The notes beneath the pieces were generated by a model, which saw only the letters and a program-made list of their open reading frames with translations, searched no databases and was not told the origin of the DNA. A stretch of 64,000 nt of DNA from an uncultured Actinomycetota bacterium (GTDB lineage: Bacteria; Actinomycetota; Actinomycetes; Mycobacteriales; SCTD01). Below are positions 19,107 through 28,688 of the stretch, piece by piece. How positions within the stretch are numbered: position 1 is the stretch's first letter; every line of letters starts with the position of its first letter. Both the position numbers and the translations under genes were made by a program. The stretch spans positions 172,898-236,897 of the forward strand of contig CAWASC010000014.1 of the NCBI GenBank assembly GCA_963784705.1, in the 5' to 3' direction.

Positions 19107-20252
19107 GTGGGTGGCATGCACGATCTGCCCCTCGCCGGGTTCACGGTGGCGGTCACCGCTGCGCGGCGACGGGAGGAGCTCGCGTCCTTGTTGGTGCGAC
19201 GGGGCGCTCGGGTGGTCGAGGCGCCAGCGATCCGCATCGTCGCGACGATCGACGACGACGAGCTGCGCGCGGCCACCGAGGCGTGCCTCACCCTCCCGCC
19301 CGATGTCGTCGTCGCGACGACGGGCATCGGCTTCCAGGGTTGGATGGAGGCGGCGGACGGGTGGGGGGTCGGTGACGTGCTCCGCGCGCGGCTGGCGACG
19401 ACCGAGCTGCTCGTCCGAGGGCCGAAGGCCAAGGGGGCGGTCCGTGCAGCAGGGCTGGCCGAGGCCTGGTCTCCGGCCTCCGAGGCGTCTGCGGAGGTGC
19501 TGCAGCGCCTGCTCGCGGAGGGCGTCGTGGGGCGCCGGATCGCGGTACAGCTGCACGGGGAGCCGCTCCCCGACCTCACTGATGCGTTGCGTCGCGCCGG
19601 TGCGGTGGTGGTGGAGGTCCCGGTGTACCGCTGGGTGCCGGCCGAGGACATCCGGCCGCTGAGTCGTCTGGTCGACCAGGTGCTCTCGGGTCAGGTGGAC
19701 TGCGTGACGTTCACGTCCGCGCCCGCCGTCGCCAGCCTGCTCGCCACCGCGGGTGCGCGCCAGCCTGCCCTGGTGGACGCGCTCCGTTCACGCGTTCTCG
19801 CCGTCTGCGTCGGACCGGTGACCGCTGCTCCCCTGGAGCGGCAGGGCATCAGCACCGTGCGGCCGGCTCGTGCTCGGCTCGGCGACCTGGTGCGCACCGT
19901 CGTGGAGGAGCTGCCCGACCGGCAGACCCGCGTGGTGCGGGCCGGTCCGTTTCACCTGGCGCTGCGTGGCCACAGGGCCCTCGTCGACGGAGTTCCGGTC
20001 GAGCTGACCACGCGCCAGGCTGCGCTCCTGTCGGCGCTCGTCGCGGGGCGCGGCCGGGTCCTGTCTCGTGCAGACCTGCTCCGGCTCGCGTGGCGCGACG
20101 AGCCCGCCGACGAGCACGCGGTGGAGATGACGATCGCCCGGTTGCGCACCGCACTCGGTCCGGCCGGCACGGCGGTGCAGACGGTCGTGAAGCGCGGCTA
20201 CCGGCTCGCGGAGGCCGCACCCCCGGAGACCGGCGCTCTGACCCTCTCGTGA
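19107..20252 (+). CDS. uroporphyrinogen-III synthase (HemD) domain fused to an OmpR/PhoB-type winged-helix DNA-binding domain (NnaR-like architecture)
   Basis: 381 aa. HemD-like N-terminal two-thirds. C-terminal LTTRQAALLSALVAGRGRVLSRADLL...HAVEMTIARLRTAL...VVKRGYRL is a trans_reg_C-type wHTH. Confidence 0.8.
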   Translation: MGGMHDLPLAGFTVAVTAARRREELASLLVRRGARVVEAPAIRIVATIDDDELRAATEACLTLPPDVVVATTGIGFQGWMEAADGWGVGDVLRARLATTELLVRGPKAKGAVRAAGLAEAWSPASEASAEVLQRLLAEGVVGRRIAVQLHGEPLPDLTDALRRAGAVVVEVPVYRWVPAEDIRPLSRLVDQVLSGQVDCVTFTSAPAVASLLATAGARQPALVDALRSRVLAVCVGPVTAAPLERQGISTVRPARARLGDLVRTVVEELPDRQTRVVRAGPFHLALRGHRALVDGVPVELTTRQAALLSALVAGRGRVLSRADLLRLAWRDEPADEHAVEMTIARLRTALGPAGTAVQTVVKRGYRLAEAAPPETGALTLS

Positions 20253-20306
20253 ACGGATACGCGCGGGTGGTCCTGGTGCTCAGGAACGACCCGCGCGTAT
20301 CCGTTC
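20251..20306. terminator. long hairpin between convergent genes
   Basis: Perfect 18-bp arms GAACGGATACGCGCGGGT / ACCCGCGCGTATCCGTTC around a 20-nt spacer that can itself pair partly (GTCCTG..CAGGA). It overlaps the stop codon at 20250-20252. Confidence 0.6.
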
Positions 20307-20313
20307 GCGCCGG

Positions 20314-20946
20314 TCAGTGGCCGCGGGCGAGCCAGGCGTCGTACGACGACGCCTCTGCACCGATCGTGGTGTCGTCCCCGTGACCGGTGTGCACCACCGT
20401 CTCGGGCGGCAGGGACAGCAGCTGGTCCCTGATCGACGACAGGATGGTCGGGAAGTCGCTGAAGCTCCGACCGGTCGCACCGGGGCCGCCCTGGAACAGC
20501 GTGTCTCCGCTGAACACCACACCGTCCCCGACGAAGCACACCGCGCCAGGCGCATGACCGGGCGTGTGCCGCACGGTCAGTGTCGTCCCCGCCACCTCGA
20601 TCACCTGCCCGTCGACGAGCTCTGCGTCCGGTGCGCGGTCGTGCGTCATGTCCCAGAGCACCCGGTCGTCGGCGTGCAGCCACACCGGGGCGCCGACCTC
20701 CCGGGCGAGGTCCCACGCCACGTTGACGTGGTCGTCGTGCGCGTGCGTGCACAGGATCGCCTTGACCGGGCGTCCGCCCACCGCGTGCGCGATGGCCAGC
20801 GCGTCGTGGGCTGCGTCGATGACCACGACCTCGTCCTCGTCGCCGTACACCCAGACGTTGTTGTCGACCTCCCACGTCCCCCCGTCGAGGCTGAACGTCC
20901 CGCTGGTGACGACGCGCTGCACGGTCACGTTGCGGGGCGCGCTCAC
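20314..20946 (-). CDS. MBL-fold metallo-hydrolase (glyoxalase II-like; candidate S-formylmycothiol hydrolase)
   Basis: HxHxDH motif (CTHAHDDHV). GTGA overlap with the upstream class III ADH gene. Confidence 0.8.
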   Translation of the reverse strand: MSAPRNVTVQRVVTSGTFSLDGGTWEVDNNVWVYGDEDEVVVIDAAHDALAIAHAVGGRPVKAILCTHAHDDHVNVAWDLAREVGAPVWLHADDRVLWDMTHDRAPDAELVDGQVIEVAGTTLTVRHTPGHAPGAVCFVGDGVVFSGDTLFQGGPGATGRSFSDFPTILSSIRDQLLSLPPETVVHTGHGDDTTIGAEASSYDAWLARGH

Positions 20947-22022
20947 AGGACCACCACGCTGCGGAGCACCTCGCCGCGCTCCATCCGGTGGAACGCCTCC
21001 TCGACGTCGTCCAGGCCGATGCGCTCGCTCACGAAGTCACCGAGGGGGAAGCGCCCCTGCTGCCACAGGTCGACGAGCAGGGGGAAGTCGCGCTCGGGCA
21101 GGCAGTCGCCGTACCAGCTGCTCTTGGTCGCCCCGCCGTGCCCGAACACCTCGATCAGCGGCATCTCCAGCACCATGTCCGGCGTCGGGACCCCGACGAG
21201 AACCACCGTCCCGGCGAGATCGCGCGCGTCGAAGGCCTGGCGGAAGGTCTCCGGTCGGCCCACCGCGTCGATCACCACGTCGGGACCGAACCCTCCGGTC
21301 AGCGCGCGCAATTCGGCGACCACGTCTCCGCCCGCCTGCACGGTGTGCGTCGCGCCGAAGCCACGCGCCCAGTCGAGCTTGCGGGCATCGAGGTCGACCG
21401 CGATGACCTGTCGTGCGCCGGCGTACACCGCCCCGGCGATCGCCGCGTTCCCCACGCCACCGCAGCCGATGACGGCGACCGTGTCGCCCTGGCGCACCGG
21501 CGCGGTGTTGACCGCCGCTCCGAAGCCGGCCATCACCCCGCACCCGAGCAGCCCGGCAGCAGCCGGGTCGACGGTCGCGACCTTGGTGCACTGACCTGCC
21601 GCGACGAGCGTCTTCTCCGCGAACGCGCCGATCCCCAGCGCCGGGGAGAGGGGCGTGCCGTCGGCGAGCGTCATCTGCTGCGTGGCGTTGTGCGTGGCGA
21701 AGCAGTACTGCGGTCGGCCCCGCTTGCACGCCCGGCAGGAACCGCAGACCGCGCGCCAGTTCAGGACGACGAAGTCCCCAGGCGCGACGTGACTGACCCC
21801 CTCGCCGACGGACTCGACGACGCCCGCGGCCTCGTGTCCCAGCAGGAAGGGGAACGCGTCGTTGATGCCGCCCTCCCGGTAGTGCAGGTCGGTGTGGCAG
21901 ACACCGCACGCCTGGACGGCGACGAGCGCCTCCCCCGGACCGGGATCGGGCACCAGGACGGTCTGCACGCTGACGGGTGCGCCCTTGCCCAGGGCGACGA
22001 CGGCACGGACTTCATGAACCAC
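20943..22022 (-). CDS. class III alcohol dehydrogenase, S-(hydroxymethyl)mycothiol dehydrogenase type
   Basis: [48 protein letters not shown] 22022 with GGAGG 5 nt upstream gives 359 aa. Track start 22103 would run into the divergent gene. Confidence 0.85.
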   Translation of the reverse strand: MVHEVRAVVALGKGAPVSVQTVLVPDPGPGEALVAVQACGVCHTDLHYREGGINDAFPFLLGHEAAGVVESVGEGVSHVAPGDFVVLNWRAVCGSCRACKRGRPQYCFATHNATQQMTLADGTPLSPALGIGAFAEKTLVAAGQCTKVATVDPAAAGLLGCGVMAGFGAAVNTAPVRQGDTVAVIGCGGVGNAAIAGAVYAGARQVIAVDLDARKLDWARGFGATHTVQAGGDVVAELRALTGGFGPDVVIDAVGRPETFRQAFDARDLAGTVVLVGVPTPDMVLEMPLIEVFGHGGATKSSWYGDCLPERDFPLLVDLWQQGRFPLGDFVSERIGLDDVEEAFHRMERGEVLRSVVVL

Positions 22023-22079
22023 GGGGACCTCCGACGACAGGTGCAGGGCCGGTACGCCCAGCACCGTAGCCGCAGCCGT

Positions 22080-22085
22080 TAGCGT
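22080..22085 (+). promoter_or_regulatory. candidate -10 element (TAGCGT) for a leaderless transcript
   Basis: A TANNNT hexamer ends 7 nt before ATG 22093. No SD. Confidence 0.35.
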
Positions 22086-22092
22086 CAGGGAC

Positions 22093-23325
22093 ATGAGCGC
22101 CACCGGTGACGACCTCCGTCAGTTCGTCGACGTCAGCCCCACGCCGTTCCACGCGGTCGCGGAGATGGTCCGCCGGTTGGCGGGCGGCGGCTTCTCGCCG
22201 TTGACGGAGGCGGACCGCTGGGTCCTTGCCCCTGGCGACCAGCGCTACGTCGTACGGGAAGGGAGCCTGGTGGCCTTCCGCGTCGGCACGGCACCGCTCG
22301 CCGACGCGGGCGCCCGGCTCATCGGGACGCACACCGACTCCCCCACCTTCACCGTTCGCCCGCGGCACGAGGTCACGCGCGTCGGCTACCGCCTCGTCGG
22401 CGTCGAGCCGTACGGCGGTCTGCTCGCGCACACCTGGATGGACCGGGACCTCACCCTGGCCGGTCGGGTGGTCGACGCTGACGGGACCTCCCGGTTGGTC
22501 CGGCTGCCCGGCTCGCCACTGCGCCTGCCGTCGCTCGCCATCCACCTGGACCGGTCCGTGCGTGAGGGGCTGACCCTGGATCCGCAGCGGCACCTCGTGC
22601 CGGTCCTGGGCCTGGACAGCGAGCCCGCGCTGCTCGAGCAGCTGGACGCCCGCGACGCCCTTGGCTTCGACCTCGTCCTGACCGACACCCAGCCGGCCGG
22701 CACGACCGGTTCGGACTGGGTGGTCGCGCCGCGCCTGGACAACCTGGGCTCCTGCCATAGCGCGACCCACGCGCTGCTCGCCGCACCGGCCGCCGCGCAC
22801 ACGCAGGTGTTCATCGCGAACGACCACGAGGAGGTGGGCAGCGGCTCGGCCGAGGGGGCGCGCGGCTCGTTCCTCGAGGACACCCTCCGCCGCCTGGTCG
22901 CGGCGACCGGCGACCACGACCCGCAGGCCTTCCACCAGGCGGCGGCGCGGTCACGGCTGGTCAGCGCCGATATGGCCCACGCCGTCCATCCCAACTACAG
23001 CGAGCGCCACGAGCCGGAGCACACCCCGCGTCTGGGCGGCGGCCCGGTCATCAAGCACAACGCCAACCAGGCCTACGCGACCGACGCCGGCACCGGCGCC
23101 TGGTTCGCCGCGCGGGCCGCCTCCGCAGGAGTGCCGGTGCAGCACTTCGTGACCCGGGCGGACCTCCCCTGCGGCTCCACGATCGGTCCGCTCACCGCCA
23201 CCCGCCTGGGGATCCCCACCGTCGACGTGGGCAGTCCGCTGCTGTCGATGCACTCGTGTCGCGAGCTGGTGGCGTCGGAGGACGTGTCACTCATGGTGGC
23301 AGCCATGACCGCCTGCCTGGCGTGA
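22093..23325 (+). CDS. M18 family aminopeptidase (aspartyl aminopeptidase-like)
   Basis: 410 aa. [36 protein letters not shown] and MHSCRE motifs. Confidence 0.88.
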   Translation: MSATGDDLRQFVDVSPTPFHAVAEMVRRLAGGGFSPLTEADRWVLAPGDQRYVVREGSLVAFRVGTAPLADAGARLIGTHTDSPTFTVRPRHEVTRVGYRLVGVEPYGGLLAHTWMDRDLTLAGRVVDADGTSRLVRLPGSPLRLPSLAIHLDRSVREGLTLDPQRHLVPVLGLDSEPALLEQLDARDALGFDLVLTDTQPAGTTGSDWVVAPRLDNLGSCHSATHALLAAPAAAHTQVFIANDHEEVGSGSAEGARGSFLEDTLRRLVAATGDHDPQAFHQAAARSRLVSADMAHAVHPNYSERHEPEHTPRLGGGPVIKHNANQAYATDAGTGAWFAARAASAGVPVQHFVTRADLPCGSTIGPLTATRLGIPTVDVGSPLLSMHSCRELVASEDVSLMVAAMTACLA

Positions 23326-23488
23326 CATGTGACACGGTGGCCGCCGTCCACCGGCCGGCCGTGCACGGCTTCAGCCGAGTCACCTGTGGGTCGCTCCCGG
23401 CGCAGTGAGTGGCGGGTTGGTGTCGTGACACGCAGGTGTCCGCAGCACCACGCGGCCACTGCCGCGACGGCAATCCCTGCTCGTCGGG

Positions 23489-23962
23489 TCAGACGGCAGC
23501 CCTGACGGCTTTCAGGTCCTCCTCGGTGACTCCCTCGTGGAAGTCCTTCGGGAACGCGGGCAGGTCGTCGAGGTCGAACCAGCGCAGGTCGCTCAGCTCC
23601 GGCCCGCACAGCCGGGGTGACTGACCGGCGGGCACCACCCCGACGCTGACGAACGTCACGGTCTGCCGCTCGGCGTCGAGGAACACCCGGTGCGGTGGCG
23701 CCACCGTCATGTGCAGCCCGAGCTCTTCCTGGAGCTCACGCTCCAGAGCGGTGACGCTGTCCTCGCCCCGCCCGAGGAACCCACCCGGCGGCAGCCAGCC
23801 TGCCCGGTACGTCGGGCGGACGAGCAGCAGGCGACTCCCGTCGTCGGTGAGCAGCGACATGGAGCCCAGGCTGTAGTTCGGCGTGCCGCGACGCACCGCC
23901 TGCTGCTGGAGGGCCGGGGGCAGGCGGCGGTAGACCGCGATCTTGACCGCCTCGAGATCCAT
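23489..23962 (-). CDS. NUDIX hydrolase
   Basis: Nudix box GGFLGRGEDSVTALERELQEELGL. Confidence 0.85.
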   Translation of the reverse strand: MDLEAVKIAVYRRLPPALQQQAVRRGTPNYSLGSMSLLTDDGSRLLLVRPTYRAGWLPPGGFLGRGEDSVTALERELQEELGLHMTVAPPHRVFLDAERQTVTFVSVGVVPAGQSPRLCGPELSDLRWFDLDDLPAFPKDFHEGVTEEDLKAVRAAV

Positions 23963-23994
23963 CGGCGCACCCTACGGTCTGGTTGGCCGACTGC

Positions 23995-24378
23995 TCAGTT
24001 GTCGCCCTCGTTGAGGAACCCTCGGACCTTCTGGCCGTGCTGGTTGATGCATGACGTGAGGGCCAGTTCCTGGTCGAACGTCGCCTTGCCGATGTCGAAG
24101 CGCACCGGGAAGCGGCCCTGCACCTGAGGATCGGGGTTGCCCCGGTCCGCGACGACCACCACGCCGGGGAGCCCTCCGCAGGCCTGTTTCAGCGCCACGC
24201 GATCGGCCTGCACAGCGTCCTGAGCCATCGTGACGACCAGGACCCGCTTGGCCGGCGACAGCAGGATGTTGATGCTCGTCACCAGCATGGACAGGACGAC
24301 GAGGCCGGCCCCGATCCCGATGAGCACCTTGCTCCGCCGGCTCATCGGCCGTCCCTCGACGGCCAGCTGCTGCGTCAT
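23995..24378 (-). CDS. small N-terminally anchored membrane protein (DUF4307-like architecture)
   Basis: C-terminal 127 codons of track ORF 23995-25707. MSRRSKVLIGIGAGLVVLSMLVTSINILL forms a TM helix, followed by a soluble domain of about 90 aa. The start is ATG 24378 or 24345. Confidence 0.55.
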   Translation of the reverse strand: MTQQLAVEGRPMSRRSKVLIGIGAGLVVLSMLVTSINILLSPAKRVLVVTMAQDAVQADRVALKQACGGLPGVVVVADRGNPDPQVQGRFPVRFDIGKATFDQELALTSCINQHGQKVRGFLNEGDN

Positions 24379-24416
24379 GTGTCCATCATCGCTCACCTGC
24401 GCCGGCTGCGCCGCGG

Positions 24417-25964
24417 TCAGTTGACCTGCCGGTCGAGCCCCGCCCAGTACTGCTCGCGCAGCTTGAACTTCTGGATCTTCCCCGTCGCGGTGCGCGGGAT
24501 CTCGTCCCTGAGCTCGACCGAGGTCGGCGCCTTGTACCCGGCCAGTCGGGACTTGCAGTGGGCGATGAGCTCGGACTCGGTGACCGTGGCCCCGGGGGTC
24601 AGCACGACGAGGGCCTTGATGGTCTCGCCCCACTTCTCGCTCGGGACACCGATGACCGCGACCTCGGCCACGGCCGGGTGGCTGAACAGGCAGTCCTCGA
24701 CCTCGATCGACGAGACGTTCTCGCCGCCGGTGATGATGACGTCCTTGCGCCGGTCGGAGATCGTGACGTAGCCCTCCTCGTCGAGGATCCCGCCGTCGCC
24801 GGTGTGGAACCACCCGCCCTCCAGCGCATCGGCCGTCGCGTCGGGCTGCTCCCAGTAGCCCTCGAGGACCACGTTGGAGCGCGCCAGCACCTCCCCCTGG
24901 TCGGAGATCGAGATGGACACGCCCAGCGCCGGCATCCCGGCGCGCGCCAAGCGGGACGCCGCCTGCTCGATGGGCAGGTCGTCCTCCTCGGCGCGCCGAC
25001 GGTTGATGGTCAGCAGCGGAGACGTCTCGGTCAGCCCGTAGATCTGGATGAACTCCCAGCCGAGCTCGGTCTCGATGCGCGCGATCGTCCGCGACGGGGG
25101 CGGAGCACCCGCGCAGATGACCCGCACCCGGTCCCGGCCGGGCACGTCGCCCTCCCACGTGGCGGCCGCCTCGAGCACCGAGGCGATGACCGCCGGGGCA
25201 GCGCACATGACCGTCACGCCGTACTTCTCGACGCGGCGGAGGATCTCGGCGCCGTCGACCTTGCGCAGGACGATGTGCGGCACCCCCATGCCCGTCATGG
25301 CGAACGGCATCCCCCAGCCGTTCGCGTGGAACATGGGCAAGGTGTGCAGGTAGACGTCGCGGTCGGTCACCCCGGCGTGCAGGGCGAACGTGAGGGCGTT
25401 GACCCAGATGTTGCGGTGCGTGATCTGCACGCCCTTGGGGCGGGCCGTCGTCCCGCTGGTGTAGTTGATGGTGGCCGTGGCGTCCTCGTCGGCCTCCCAG
25501 GCCTTTGGCGCCACACCGGGACGCAGCAGGGCGGCGTCGGAGTCCGTGCCCAGGACGTACCGGTGCGTCGCCGTCACGTCGCGCAGGCCCGCGTCCACCT
25601 CCGGGTCGACCAGCAGGACCGTCGCACCGGAGTGCTCGACGATGTAGGCCACCTCGGCAGCGGACAGCCGGAAGTTGACCGGGACGAGCACCCGGCCGGT
25701 CGAGCACACGGCGTAGAACAGCTCGAGCAGGCGGGCGCTGTTGTGGCTCACGACGGCGACGCGCTCCCCCACCCCGACGCCCAGCGCGTCGAGGCCGGCG
25801 CTGAGCGCGCGCGTCCGCTCGGCGAACGCGGCGTAGGTCTGCGACCCGCGTCCGCCGTCCTGCGCGCCTCCCGGCTCGTCCACCACCCCCAGCCGCCGGG
25901 GGTAGCAGAGCTCGGCGCGGGCGAGGAAGTCAGCTGTGGTGAACGGCACCTTCATGTCCTGCAT
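24417..25964 (-). CDS. AMP-forming acyl-CoA synthetase (FadD-like)
   Basis: AMP-binding motifs INYTSGTTARPKG, YGLTETS and HTGDGG. C-terminal PX4GK motif IPRTATGKIQKF. The start is ATG 25964 or 25955. Confidence 0.88.
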   Translation of the reverse strand: MQDMKVPFTTADFLARAELCYPRRLGVVDEPGGAQDGGRGSQTYAAFAERTRALSAGLDALGVGVGERVAVVSHNSARLLELFYAVCSTGRVLVPVNFRLSAAEVAYIVEHSGATVLLVDPEVDAGLRDVTATHRYVLGTDSDAALLRPGVAPKAWEADEDATATINYTSGTTARPKGVQITHRNIWVNALTFALHAGVTDRDVYLHTLPMFHANGWGMPFAMTGMGVPHIVLRKVDGAEILRRVEKYGVTVMCAAPAVIASVLEAAATWEGDVPGRDRVRVICAGAPPPSRTIARIETELGWEFIQIYGLTETSPLLTINRRRAEEDDLPIEQAASRLARAGMPALGVSISISDQGEVLARSNVVLEGYWEQPDATADALEGGWFHTGDGGILDEEGYVTISDRRKDVIITGGENVSSIEVEDCLFSHPAVAEVAVIGVPSEKWGETIKALVVLTPGATVTESELIAHCKSRLAGYKAPTSVELRDEIPRTATGKIQKFKLREQYWAGLDRQVN

Positions 25965-25982
25965 GTAACACCCGGTCATCCG

Positions 25983-25988
25983 TACGCT
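25983..25988 (+). promoter_or_regulatory. candidate -10 element (TACGCT) for a leaderless transcript
   Basis: A TANNNT hexamer ends 6 nt before ATG 25995. The whole divergent intergenic region is only 30 bp. Confidence 0.4.
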
Positions 25989-25994
25989 GAACGC

Positions 25995-27404
25995 ATGGGC
26001 ATCGATCCGGCGCGGCTGCAGGTCGCTCTCGACGTCTTGCGCGAGCTCGACGACCTCGACCCCGACCACCCGGACGCCATCGCGATCCGGCGGGCGACCG
26101 CGCACGTCTACAAGAGCGTGAAGGTGCGCCGGCGCAGCGAGAAGCGCGCGTCGGTGACCGCCGCGGACGAGGCGCTGACCAACCTCACGGCCACCGGCGC
26201 GAAGGACCGGATCGACGACGAGACGCGCGGCATCCCGCTGCGGGCCACGGCACAGGCGACGGTCGTCGGGAGCCTGCAGCGGGCGCGCTCCTGCTACGTC
26301 TGCAAGACCCGCTACCGCGAGGTGCACGCCTTCTACCACCAGCTGTGCCCGACGTGCGCCGCCGCCAACTGGACCAAGCGCGACGAGCACGTCGACCTGA
26401 CCGGCCGTCGCGCGCTGCTGACCGGCGGGCGGGCCAAGATCGGGATGTACATCGCGCTACGGCTGCTGCGCGACGGCGCCGAGCTCACGCTCACCACCCG
26501 GTTCCCGCACGACGCCGTACGCCGCTTCACCGCCATGGAGGACAGCGCCGACTGGCTCGACCGGCTGCGCGTCGTCGGGGTCGACCTGCGCGACCCGCAC
26601 CAGGTGGTGGAGCTCGCCGACAGCGTGGCGGCGCAGGGGCACCTCGACATCCTCATCAACAACGCCGCCCAGACCGTACGGCGATCGCGCGCGTCGTACG
26701 CGCAGCTCGCGGCTGCCGAGCACGCCGCCGAGGCGCTGGAGACCAGGGTCCCGATCGTGGACCTGCGTTCACCGGTGTCGGAGATCGAGGGCGCCATCGG
26801 CCGGCGGATGACGCCGGAGGCGGTGACCGCCCTCGCGCTGACCAGCGGCTCCGCGTCGCTGGCCCGGGTGGAGCAGGGCATCGCCATCGACGCGGGTGGC
26901 CTGGTCCCGGACCTCGCGCCGGTCAACAGCTGGAGCCAGAAGGTCGACGAGGTCGACGCCGTGGAGATGCTCGAGGTGCAGCTGTGCAACAGCGTGGCGC
27001 CGTTCGTGCTCATCAGCCGGTTGCGGCCCGCTCTCGCCGCGTCGCCGCACCGCCGTACCTACGTCGTCAACGTGAGTGCGATGGAGGGTCAGTTCAGCCG
27101 GCGGTACAAGGGCGCCGGGCATCCGCACACCAACATGGCCAAGGCCGCGCTGAACATGCTCACGCGCACCAGCGCCCAGGAGATGCTCGACGCCGACGGC
27201 ATCCTCATGACGGCGGTGGACACCGGGTGGATCACCGACGAGCGACCGCACCCGACCAAGGCGCGGCTGCACGACGAGGGGTTCCACGCGCCGCTGGACC
27301 TCGTGGACGGGGCAGCCCGGGTCTACGACCCGATCGTGCAGGGGGAACGCGGGGTCGACCTGTTCGGCTGCTTCCTCAAGGACTTCCAGCCCTCCGCCTG
27401 GTGA
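25995..27404 (+). CDS. SDR-fold oxidoreductase with a roughly 140-aa N-terminal extension containing a CxxC...CxxC zinc-ribbon-like motif
   Basis: Last 469 codons of track ORF 24558-27404. CYVCKTRYREVHAFYHQLCPTC, then LLTGGRAKIG, NNAAQ, and HPHTNMAKAAL (the YxxxK position is unusual). Confidence 0.75.
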   Translation: MGIDPARLQVALDVLRELDDLDPDHPDAIAIRRATAHVYKSVKVRRRSEKRASVTAADEALTNLTATGAKDRIDDETRGIPLRATAQATVVGSLQRARSCYVCKTRYREVHAFYHQLCPTCAAANWTKRDEHVDLTGRRALLTGGRAKIGMYIALRLLRDGAELTLTTRFPHDAVRRFTAMEDSADWLDRLRVVGVDLRDPHQVVELADSVAAQGHLDILINNAAQTVRRSRASYAQLAAAEHAAEALETRVPIVDLRSPVSEIEGAIGRRMTPEAVTALALTSGSASLARVEQGIAIDAGGLVPDLAPVNSWSQKVDEVDAVEMLEVQLCNSVAPFVLISRLRPALAASPHRRTYVVNVSAMEGQFSRRYKGAGHPHTNMAKAALNMLTRTSAQEMLDADGILMTAVDTGWITDERPHPTKARLHDEGFHAPLDLVDGAARVYDPIVQGERGVDLFGCFLKDFQPSAW

Positions 27405-27414
27405 GCAGCGACCG

Positions 27415-28224
27415 ATGAAGGACCTGCAGGACGTGATCGCCCACGGAGACGTGCTTGTCCTGAGCGGTGCCGGACTGTCGACGGAGTCAGGGATCCCTGA
27501 CTACCGCGGCCCGAGCGGAGCGGCACGTCCCGCGACGCCCATGACCTACCAGGCCTTCACCGGCTCCGCTGAGGCACGACAGCGGTACTGGGCCCGCTCG
27601 CACCTCGGGTGGCGCGTCATCGCCCGCGCCGCCCCCAACGCCGGACACCTCGCAGTGACGCGCTTCCAACAGGCCGGACTGCTCAGCGGCGTCGTGACGC
27701 AGAACGTCGACGGGCTGCACCAGGCGGGCGGCGCCGAGGACGTCCTCGAGCTGCACGGAGCCCTCGACCGGGTGGTCTGCCTGGAATGCCGCGCCCTGTC
27801 CACGCGGGACGCGCTCGAGGTCCGCCTGGACGCCGCGAACCCCGCGTTCGCACACCGTCCCGTCGCCCTCAAGCCCGATGGTGACGTGGACCTCCACGAC
27901 GTGCACGACTTCGTCGTCGTCGACTGCAGCGACTGCGGGGGCCTGCTCAAGCCCGACGTCGTGTTCTTCGGTGAGACGGTCCCGCGGGACCGGGTCGACG
28001 CGACCTTCACCCGGCTCGACGCGAGCTCGGCGCTGCTGGTCCTCGGCAGCTCCCTCACCGTCATGTCCGGCTATCGCTTCGTCCTGCACGCCGCCAAGCA
28101 CGGCATCCCGGTGGTGATCGTCAACCAGGGGCCGACCCGCGCAGACGCGCAGGCCACGCTGCGCGTCGACGCTCCGCTCGGTGCGACCCTCACCGAGCTC
28201 GCCGACCACATGGTCCTGCGGTGA
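27415..28224 (+). CDS. NAD-dependent protein deacylase, Sir2 family
   Basis: GAGLSTESGIPDYRG, TQNVDGLH, zinc-ribbon CLEC...CSDC, and LVLGSSLTV. Confidence 0.9.
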   Translation: MKDLQDVIAHGDVLVLSGAGLSTESGIPDYRGPSGAARPATPMTYQAFTGSAEARQRYWARSHLGWRVIARAAPNAGHLAVTRFQQAGLLSGVVTQNVDGLHQAGGAEDVLELHGALDRVVCLECRALSTRDALEVRLDAANPAFAHRPVALKPDGDVDLHDVHDFVVVDCSDCGGLLKPDVVFFGETVPRDRVDATFTRLDASSALLVLGSSLTVMSGYRFVLHAAKHGIPVVIVNQGPTRADAQATLRVDAPLGATLTELADHMVLR

Positions 28225-28688
28225 TCCGGGTCCTGTTCGTGTGCACGGGCAACATCTGCCGCTCCCCTGTCGCCGAGGCCGTCCTGCGTCAGCGGGTCCA
28301 GCAGGCCGGCCTGGCGGAGGTCGTCGAGGTCAGCAGCGCCGGCACGGGCGGGTGGCACGTGGGTGAGGACGCCGACCCGAGGGCGCTGCGCTCGCTGCGC
28401 GCCGGTGGTTACGACCTGCGTCACCGAGCCCGGAAGGTCGACCCGGCCTGGCTCAGAGACCACCTCGTGATCGCTCTCGACGCCGGCCACCAGCGGGACC
28501 TGCGCTCCCTGGCTCCGGACGCCGAGGTGCACCTGCTGCGCGACTGGGACCCAGCCGGTCCGGGGGATGTTCCTGACCCCTACTACGGTGGGGACGAAGG
28601 TTTCGAGGAGGTCCTCGGGATGGTCGAACGCTCCTGCCCGGGGCTGCTGGAGGAGCTGCGTGGACGCCTGGACCAAGAGCCGGGCTGA
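28221..28688 (+). CDS. low-molecular-weight protein-tyrosine/arsenate-reductase-fold phosphatase
   Basis: P-loop VCTGNICRSP and DPYYG motif. GTGA overlap with the Sir2 stop. Confidence 0.9.
   Translation: MIRVLFVCTGNICRSPVAEAVLRQRVQQAGLAEVVEVSSAGTGGWHVGEDADPRALRSLRAGGYDLRHRARKVDPAWLRDHLVIALDAGHQRDLRSLAPDAEVHLLRDWDPAGPGDVPDPYYGGDEGFEEVLGMVERSCPGLLEELRGRLDQEPG

Noticed and set aside
27415-28224. Sir2-domain gene as a possible anti-phage defence component (Thoeris/DSR/Sir2-HerA style).
   Set aside because: It is a stand-alone, normal-length sirtuin with an intact GAGxS, QNxD and Zn-ribbon catalytic layout. There is no sensor or effector partner (no SLOG, TIR, HerA, STAND or pAgo). The context looks like metabolic or protein-modification housekeeping.
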